DNA from: Auanema rhodensis
Lineage: Eukaryota; Animalia; Nematoda
Direction: 5' to 3'
DNA length: 64,000 nucleotides
Assembly: GCA_964057225.1 (NCBI GenBank)
Contig: OZ059900.1
Coordinates: 20,894,001-20,958,000, forward strand
Each line of letters begins with the position of its first letter. Position 1 is the first letter of the stretch. Made by a program: the position numbers and the translations under genes. Positions 54,724 to 64,000 of the stretch are shown piece by piece. The notes beneath the pieces were generated by a model. The model ran no database searches and had not been told where the DNA came from. It was given only the letters and a program-made list of their open reading frames with translations.

Positions 54724-57700
54724 TTCCTTAATTTTCTAACCCCTGTTTTTTTGTCGTGAAAGTGGAACTAGACGTTGTACAAACAATTTTGAGCTAGGTT
54801 TCATTGACATTGCATGAGTTTGAACACATGAAATCGTAAGTCAAAACCTTGTTTACAGCGAAATTTCCAAAAACTGGTTTTCCAGCATAATAAAATATTT
54901 CTCATGAGAAATACTGTGTTTTTGTATTTTTCTAGTGTTCAGCATGTAAAATGCTTCATTTTAGTATGTAACACGCTGAAATTCGTTGCATTTGACTACT
55001 CATATGAACAAAAATCGATTTAATCAATATTAGCCATAAGGGGCGTGCCCTCAGAATATGCTAATTTCCTTAATTTTCTAACCCCTGTTTTTTTGTCGTG
55101 AAAGTGGAACTAGACGTTGTACAAACAATTTTGAGCTAGGTTTCATTGACATTGCATGAGTTTGAACACATGAAATCGTAAGTCAAAACCTTGTTTACAG
55201 CGAAATTTCCAAAAACTGGTTTTCCAGCATAATAAAATATTTCTCATGAGAAATACTGTGTTTTTGTATTTTTCTAGTGTTCAGCATGTAAAATGCTTCA
55301 TTTTAGTATGTAACACGATGAAATTCGTTGCATTTGACGACTCATATGAACAAAAATCGATTTAATCAATATTAGCCATAAGGGGCGTGCCCTCAGAATA
55401 TGCTAATTTCCTTAATTTTCTAACCCCTGTTTTTTTGTCGTGAAAGTGGAACTAGACGTTGTAGGAACAATTTTGAGCTAGGTTTCATTGACATTGCATG
55501 AGTTTGAACACATGAAATCGTAAGTCAAAACCTTGTTTACAGCGAAATTTCCAAAAACTGGTTTTCCAGCATAATAAAATATTTCTCATGGGAAATACTG
55601 TGTTTTTGTATTTTTCTAGTGTTCAGCATGTGAAATGCTTCATTTTAGTATGTAACACGCTGAAATTCGTTGCATTTGACGACTCATATGAACAAAAATC
55701 GATTTAATCAATATTAGCCATAAGGGGCGTGCCCTCAGAATATGCTAATTTCCTTAATTTTCTAACCCCTGTTTTTTTGTCGTGAAAGTGGAAACAGACG
55801 TTGTAGGAACAATTTTGAGCTAGGTTTCATTGACATTGCATGAGTTTGAACACATGAAATCGTAAGTCAAAACCTTGTTTACAGCGAAATTTCCAAAAAC
55901 TGGTTTTCCAGCATAATAAAATATTTCTCATGAGAAATACTGTGTTTTTGTATTTTTCTAGTGTTCAGCATGTAAAATGCTTCATTTTAGTATGTAACAC
56001 GATGAAATTCGTTGCATTTGACGACTCATATGAACAAAAATCGATTTAATCAATATTAGCCATAAGGGGCGTGCCCTCAGAATATGCTAATTTCATTAAT
56101 TTTCTAACCCCTGTTTTTTTGTCGTGAAAGTGGAACTAGACGTTGTAGGAACAATTTTGAGCTAGGTTTCATTGACATTGCATGAGTTTGAACACATGAA
56201 ATCGTAAGTCAAAACCTTGTTTACAGCGAAATTTCCAAAAACTGGTTTTCCAGCATAATAAAATATTTCTCATGGGAAATACTGTGTTTTTGTATTTTTC
56301 TAGTGTTCAGCATGTAAAATGCTTCATTTTAGTATGTAACACGCTGAAATTCGTTGCATTTGACGACTCATATGAACAAAAATCGATTTAATCAATATTA
56401 GCCATAAGGGGCGTGCCCTCAGAATATGCTAATTTCCTTAATTTTCTAACCCCTGTTTTTTTGTCGTGAAAGTGGAACTAGACGTTGTAGGAACAATTTT
56501 GAGCTAGGTTTCATTGACATTGCATGAGTTTGAACACATGAAATCGTAAGTCAAAACCTTGTTTACAGCGAAATTTCCAAAAACTGGTTTTCCAGCATAA
56601 TAAAATATTTCTCATGGGAAATACTGTGTTTTTGTATTTTTCTAGTGTTCAGCATGTGAAATGCTTCATTTTAGTATGTAACACGCTGAAATTCGTTGCA
56701 TTTGACGACTCATATGAACAAAAATCGATTTAATCAATATTAGCCATAAGGGGCGTGCCCTCAGAATATGCTAATTTCCTTAATTTTCTAACCCCGGTTT
56801 TTTTGTCGTGAAAGTGGAATTAGACGTTGTAGGAACAATTTTGAGCTAGGTTTCATTGACATTGCATGAGTTTGAACACATGAAATCGTAAGTCAAAACC
56901 TTGTTTACAGCGAAATTTCCAAAAACTGGTTTTCCAGCATAATAAAATATTTCTCATGGGAAATACTGTGTTTTTGTATTTTTCTAGTGTTCAGCATGTA
57001 AAATGCTTCATTTTAGTATGTAACACGCTGAAATTCGTTGCATTTGACTACTCATATGAACAAAAATCGATTTAATCAATATTAGCCATAAGGGGCGTGC
57101 CCTCAGAATATGCTAATTTCCTTAATTTTCTAACCCCTGTTTTTTTGTCGTGAAAGTGGAACTAGACGTTGTACAAACAATTTTGAGCTAGGTTTCATTG
57201 ACATTGCATGAGTTTGAACACATGAAATCGTAAGTCAAAACCTTGTTTACAGCGAAATTTCCAAAAACTGGTTTTCCAGCATAATAAAATATTTCTCATG
57301 AGAAATACTGTGTTTTTGTATTTTTCTAGTGTTCAGCATGTAAAATGCTTCATTTTAGTATGTAACACGCTGAAATTCGTTGCATTTGACGACTCATATG
57401 AACAAAAATCGATTTAATCAATATTAGCCATAAGGGGCGTGCCCTCAGAATATGCTAATTTCCTTAATTTTCTAACCCCGGTTTTTTTGTCGTGAAAGTG
57501 GAACTAGACGTTGTAGGAACAATTTTGAGCTAGGTTTCATTGACATTGCATGAGTTTGAACACATGAAATCGTAAGTCAAAACCTTGTTTACAGCGAAAT
57601 TTCCAAAAACTGGTTTTCCAGCATAATAAAATATTTCTCATGGGAAATACTGTGTTTTTGTATTTTTCTAGTGTTCAGCATGTAAAATGCTTCATTTTAG

Positions 57701-59169
57701 TATGTAACACGCTGAAATTCGTTGCATTTGACTACTCATATGAACAAAAATCGATTTAATCAATATTAGCCATAAGGGGCGTGCCCTCAGAATATGCTAA
57801 TTTCCTTAATTTTCTAACCCCTGTTTTTTTGTCGTGAAAGTGGAACTAGACGTTGTAGGAACAATTTTGAGCTAGGTTTCATTGACATTGCATGAGTTTG
57901 AACACATGAAATCGTAAGTCAAAACCTTGTTTACAGCGAAATTTCCAAAAACTGGTTTTCCAGCATAATAAAATATTTCTCATGGGAAATACTGTGTTTT
58001 TGTATTTTTCTAGTGTTCAGCATGTGAAATGCTTCATTTTAGTATGTAACACGCTGAAATTCGTTGCATTTGACGACTCATATGAACAAAAATCGATTTA
58101 ATCAATATTAGCCATAAGGGGCGTGCCCTCAGAATATGCTAATTTCCTTAATTTTCTAACCCCGGTTTTTTTGTCGTGAAAGTGGAATTAGACGTTGTAG
58201 GAACAATTTTGAGCTAGGTTTCATTGACATTGCATGAGTTTGAACACATGAAATCGTAAGTCAAAACCTTGTTTACAGCGAAATTTCCAAAAACTGGTTT
58301 TCCAGCATAATAAAATATTTCTCATGGGAAATACTGTGTTTTTGTATTTTTCTAGTGTTCAGCATGTAAAATGCTTCATTTTAGTATGTAACACGCTGAA
58401 ATTCGTTGCATTTGACGACTCATATGAACAAAAATCGATTTAATCAATATTAGCCATAAGGGGCGTGCCCTCAGAATATGCTAATTTCCTTAATTTTCTA
58501 ACCCCTGTTTTTTTGTCGTGAAAGTGGAACTAGACGTTGTAGGAACAATTTTGAGCTAGGTTTCATTGACATTGCATGAGTTTGAACACATGAAATCGTA
58601 AGTCAAAACCTTGTTTACAGCGAAATTTCCAAAAACTGGTTTTCCAGCATAATAAAATATTTCTCATGGGAAATACTGTGTTTTTGTATTTTTCTAGTGT
58701 TCAGCATGTAAAATGCTTCATTTTAGTATGTAACACGCTGAAATTCGTTGCATTTGACGACTCATATGAACAAAAATCGATTTAATCAATATTAGCCATA
58801 AGGGGCGTGCCCTCAGAATATGCTAATTTCCTTAATTTTCTAACCCCTGTTTTTTTGTCGTGAAAGTGGAAACAGACGTTGTAGGAACAATTTTGAGCTA
58901 GGTTTCATTGATATTGCATGAGTTTGAACACATGAAATCGTAAGTCAAAACCTTGTTTACAGCGAAATTTCCAAAAACTGGTTTTCCAGCATAATAAAAT
59001 ATTTCTCATGAGAAATACTGTGTTTTTGTATTTTTATAGTGTTCAGCATGTAAAATGCTTCATTTTAGTATGTAACACGCTGAAATTCGTTGCATTTGAC
59101 GACTCATATGAACAAAAATCGATTTAATCAATATTAGCCATAAGGGGCGTGCCCTCAGAATATGCTAAT

Positions 59170-61905
59170 TTCCTTAATTTTCTAACCCCGGTTTTTTTGT
59201 CGTGAAAGTGGAATTAGACGTTGTAGGAACAATTTTGATCTAGGTTTCATTGACATTGCATGAGTTTGAACACATGAAATCGTAAGTCAAAACCTTGTTT
59301 ACAGCGAAATTTCCAAAAACTGGTTTTCCAGCATAATAAAATATTTCTCATGGGAAATACTGTGTTTTTGTATTTTTCTAGTGTTCAGCATGTAAAATGC
59401 TTCATTTTAGTATGTAACACGCTGAAATTCGTTGCATTTGACTACTCATATGAACAAAAATCGATTTAATCAATATTAGCCATAAGGGGCGTGCCCTCAG
59501 AATATGCTAATTTCCTTAATTTTCTAACCCCTGTTTTTTTGTCGTGAAAGTGGAACTAGACGTTGTAGGAACAATTTTGAGCTAGGTTTCATTGACATTG
59601 CATGAGTTTGAACACATGAAATCGTAAGTCAAAACCTTGTTTACAGCGAAATTTCCAAAAACTGGTTTTCCAGCATAATAAAATATTTCTCATGAGAAAT
59701 ACTGTGTTTTTGTATTTTTCTAGTGTTCAGCATGTAAAATGCTTCATTTTAGTATGTAACACGATGAAATTCGTTGCATTTGACGACTCATATGAACAAA
59801 AATCGATTTAATCAATATTAGCCATAAGGGGCGTGCCCTCAGAATATGCTAATTTCCTTAATTTTCTAACCCCTGTTTTTTTGTCGTGAAAGTGGAACTA
59901 GACGTTGTAGGAACAATTTTGAGCTAGGTTTCATTGACATTGCATGAGTTTGAACACATGAAATCGTAAGTCAAAACCTTGTTTACAGCGAAATTTCCAA
60001 AAACTGGTTTTCCAGCATAATAAAATATTTCTCATGGGAAATACTGTGTTTTTGTATTTTTCTAGTGTTCAGCATGTAAAATGCTTCATTTTAGTATGTA
60101 ACACGCTGAAATTCGTTGCATTTGACGACTCATATGAACAAAAATCGATTTAATCAATATTAGCCATAAGGGGCGTGCCCTCAGAATATGCTAATTTCCT
60201 TAATTTTCTAACCCCTGTTTTTTTGTCGTGAAAGTGGAATTAGACGTTGTAGGAACAATTTTGAGCTAGGTTTCATTGACATTGCATGAGTTTGAACGCA
60301 TGAAATCGTAAGTCAAAACCTTGTTTACAGCGAAATTTCCAAAAACTGGTTTTCCAGCATAATAAAATATTTCTCATGGGAAATACTGTGTTTTTGTATT
60401 TTTATAGTGTTCAGCATGTAAAATGCTTCATTTTAGTATGTAACACGCTGAAATTCGTTGCATTTGACGACTCATATGAACAAAAATCGATTTAATCAAT
60501 ATTAGCCATAAGGGGCGTGCCCTCAGAATATGCTAATTTCCTTAATTTTCTAACCCCGGTTTTTTTGTCGTGAAAGTGGAATTAGACGTTGTAGGAACAA
60601 TTTTGATCTAGGTTTCATTGACATTGCATGAGTTTGAACACATGAAATCGTAAGTCAAAACCTTGTTTACAGCGAAATTTCCAAAAACTGGTTTTCCAGC
60701 ATAATAAAATATTTCTCATGGGAAATACTGTGTTTTTGTATTTTTCTAGTGTTCAGCATGTAAAATGCTTCATTTTAGTATGTAACACGCTGAAATTCGT
60801 TGCATTTGACTACTCATATGAACAAAAATCGATTTAATCAATATTAGCCATAAGGGGCGTGCCCTCAGAATATGCTAATTTCCTTAATTTTCTAACCCCT
60901 GTTTTTTTGTCGTGAAAGTGGAACTAGACGTTGTAGGAACAATTTTGAGCTAGGTTTCATTGACATTGCATGAGTTTGAACACATGAAATCGTAAGTCAA
61001 AACCTTGTTTACAGCGAAATTTCCAAAAACTGGTTTTCCAGCATAATAAAATATTTCTCATGAGAAATACTGTGTTTTTGTATTTTTCTAGTGTTCAGCA
61101 TGTAAAATGCTTCATTTTAGTATGTAACACGATGAAATTCGTTGCATTTGACGACTCATATGAACAAAAATCGATTTAATCAATATTAGCCATAAGGGGC
61201 GTGCCCTCAGAATATGCTAATTTCATTAATTTTCTAACCCCTGTTTTTTTGTCGTGAAAGTGGAACTAGACGTTGTAGGAACAATTTTGAGCTAGGTTTC
61301 ATTGACATTGCATGAGTTTGAACACATGAAATCGTAAGTCAAAACCTTGTTTACAGCGAAATTTCCAAAAACTGGTTTTCCAGCATAATAAAATATTTCT
61401 CATGGGAAATACTGTGTTTTTGTATTTTTCTAGTGTTCAGCATGTAAAATGCTTCATTTTAGTATGTAACACGCTGAAATTCGTTGCATTTGACGACTCA
61501 TATGAACAAAAATCGATTTAATCAATATTAGCCATAAGGGGCGTGCCCTCAGAATATGCTAATTTCCTTAATTTTCTAACCCCTGTTTTTTTGTCGTGAA
61601 AGTGGAATTAGACGTTGTAGGAACAATTTTGAGCTAGGTTTCATTGACATTGCATGAGTTTGAACGCATGAAATCGTAAGTCAAAACCTTGTTTACAGCG
61701 AAATTTCCAAAAACTGGTTTTCCAGCATAATAAAATATTTCTCATGGGAAATACTGTGTTTTTGTATTTTTATAGTGTTCAGCATGTAAAATGCTTCATT
61801 TTAGTATGTAACACGCTGAAATTCGTTGCATTTGACGACTCATATGAACAAAAATCGATTTAATCAATATTAGCCATAAGGGGCGTGCCCTCAGAATATG
61901 CTAAT
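59170..61905 (+). repeat. 4-monomer duplication (period 1368 bp)
   Basis: A private G>T variant making GATC occurs at 59239 and 60607. The order of monomer types is the same in both copies. Confidence 0.85.
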
Positions 61906-64000
61906 TTCCTTAATTTTCTAACCCCGGTTTTTTTGTCGTGAAAGTGGAATTAGACGTTGTAGGAACAATTTTGAGCTAGGTTTCATTGACATTGCATGAG
62001 TTTGAACACATGAAATCGTAAGTCAAAACCTTGTTTACAGCGAAATTTCCAAAAACTGGTTTTCCAGCATAATAAAATATTTCTCATGGGAAATACTGTG
62101 TTTTTGTATTTTTCTAGTGTTCAGCATGTAAAATGCTTCATTTTAGTATGTAACACGCTGAAATTCGTTGCATTTGACGACTCATATGAACAAAAATCGA
62201 TTTAATCAATATTAGCCATAAGGGGCGTGCCCTCAGAATATGCTAATTTCCTTAATTTTCTAACCCCTGTTTTTTTGTCGTGAAAGTGGAACTAGACGTT
62301 GTAGGAACAATTTTGAGCTAGGTTTCATTGACATTGCATGAGTTTGAACACATGAAATCGTAAGTCGAAACCTTGTTTACAGCGAAATTTCCAAAAACTG
62401 GTTTTCCAGCATAATAAAATATTTCTCATGGGAAATACTGTGTTTTTGTATTTTTCTAGTGTTCAGCATGTGAAATGCTTCATTTTAGTATGTAACACGC
62501 TGAAATTCGTTGCATTTGACGACTCATATGAACAAAAATCGATTTAACCAATATTAGCCATAAGGGGCGTGCCCTCAGAATATGCTAATTTCCTTAATTT
62601 TCTAACCCCGGTTTTTTTGTCGTGAAAGTGGAATTAGACGTTGTAGGAACAATTTTGAGCTAGGTTTCATTGACATTGCATGAGTTTGAACACATGAAAT
62701 CGTAAGTCAAAACCTTGTTTACAGCGAAATTTCCAAAAACTGGTTTTCCAGCATAATAAAATATTTCTCATGGGAAATACTGTGTTTTTGTATTTTTCTA
62801 GTGTTCAGCATGTAGAATGCTTCATTTTAGTATGTAACACGCTGAAATTCGTTGCATTTGACGACTCATATGAACAAAAATCGATTTAATCAATATTAGC
62901 CATAAGGGGCGTGCCCTCAGAATATGCTAATTTCCTTAATTTTCTAACCCCTGTTTTTTTGTCGTGAAAGTGGAACTAGACGTTGTAGGAACAATTTTGA
63001 GCTAGGTTTCATTGACATTGCATGAGTTTGAACACATGAAATCGTAAGTCAAAACCTTGTTTACAGCGAAATTTCCAAAAACTGGTTTTCCAGCATAATA
63101 AAATATTTCTCATGGGAAATACTGTGTTTTTGTATTTTTCTAGTGTTCAGCATGTAAAATGCTTCATTTTAGTATGTAACACGCTAAAAATTCGTTGCAT
63201 TTGACGACTCATATGAACAAAAATCGATTTAATCAATATTAGCCATAAGGGGCGTGCCCTCAGAATATGCTAATTTTCTTAATTTTCTAACCCCTGTTTT
63301 TTTGTCGTGAAAGTGGAATTAGACGTTGTAGGAACAATTTTGAGCTAGGTTTCATTGACATTGCATGAGTTTGAACGCATGAAATCGTAAGTCAAAACCT
63401 TGTTTACAGCGAAATTTCCAAAAACTGGTTTTCCAGCATAATAAAATATTTCTCATGGGAAATACTGTGTTTTTGTATTTTTCTAGTGTTCAGCATGTAA
63501 AATGCTTCATTTTAGTATGTAACACGCTGAAATTCGTTGCATTTGACGACTCATATGAACAAAAATCGATTTAATCAATATTAGCCATAAGGGGCGTGCC
63601 CTCAGAATATGCTAATTTCCTTAATTTTCTAACCCCGGTTTTTTTGTCGTGAAAGTGGAATTAGACGTTGTAGGAACAATTTTGAGCTAGGTTTCATTGA
63701 CATTGCATGAGTTTGAACACATGAAATCGTAAGTCAAAACCTTGTTTACAGCGAAATTTCCAAAAACTGGTTTTCCAGCATAATAAAATATTTCTCATGG
63801 GAAATACTGTGTTTTTGTATTTTTCTAGTGTTCAGCATGTGAAATGCTTCATTTTAGTATGTAACACGCTGAAATTCGTTGCATTTGACGACTCATATGA
63901 ACAAAAATCGATTTAATCAATATTAGCCATAAGGGGCGTGCCCTCAGAATATGCTAATTTCCTTAATTTTCTAACCCCGGTTTTTTTGTCGTGAAAGTGG

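Larger units (their letters stand above)
14370..57459 (+). repeat. Rearranged ~20-23 kb tandem super-duplication (14370-34203 vs 34204-57459)
   Basis: Rare monomer types are colinear at offsets of 58-69 monomers: 14370/34204, 15737-18130/36940-39333 (offset 21203), 27364/47200 and 31126/54724. Confidence 0.8.
1..64000. repeat. Satellite DNA array, 342-bp monomer, 187 full copies plus a partial copy, head-to-tail, extending beyond both window edges
   Basis: The monomer start TTCCTTAATTTTCTAACCCC recurs at 1, 344, 686, 1028, 1370 ... 63617, 63959. The period is 342 bp (341 or 343 where a homopolymer is 1 nt shorter or longer). No unique sequence or orientation switch is seen. By hand, consensus has 56 C and 60 G in 342 bp. 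Confidence 0.99.

Noticed and set aside
1-64000. CRISPR array or repeat-plus-variable-cassette system
   Set aside because: There are no unique spacers or variable cassettes. The full 342 bp repeats with only scattered SNPs, and there are no cas or other genes.
1-64000. Rolling-circle or PCR concatemer artefact of a single circle
   Set aside because: Variants are shared in ordered, hierarchical blocks with positional domains, which random errors on one template would not produce. Local misassembly still cannot be excluded without reads.

Overview
The whole 64 kb window is one uninterrupted, single-orientation, head-to-tail tandem array of a 342-bp monomer (about 34% GC). It holds 187 complete copies plus a 42-bp partial copy, most within 0-7 substitutions of consensus. 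This is the signature of a recently homogenised eukaryotic satellite DNA, plausibly centromeric or pericentromeric, though that cannot be proven from sequence. I see no genes, RNA genes, transposon insertions, inversions or CRISPR spacers. The three 61-aa ORFs come from one A>T variant (AAG>ATG) copied by duplication. The real information lies in the SNP pattern, which I read by eye, monomer by monomer. It shows two variant domains, local 3-, 4-, 5-, 7- and 9-monomer duplications (nascent higher-order repeats), and a rearranged ~20-23 kb super-duplication (14.4-34.2 kb vs 34.2-57.5 kb). The monomer is rich in dyad symmetries, has roughly 10-bp-spaced A/T tracts and a degenerate CENP-B-box-like 17-mer, and shows no CpG depletion. 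I do not recognise the satellite family or organism, and I find no support for a novel protein-coding system.
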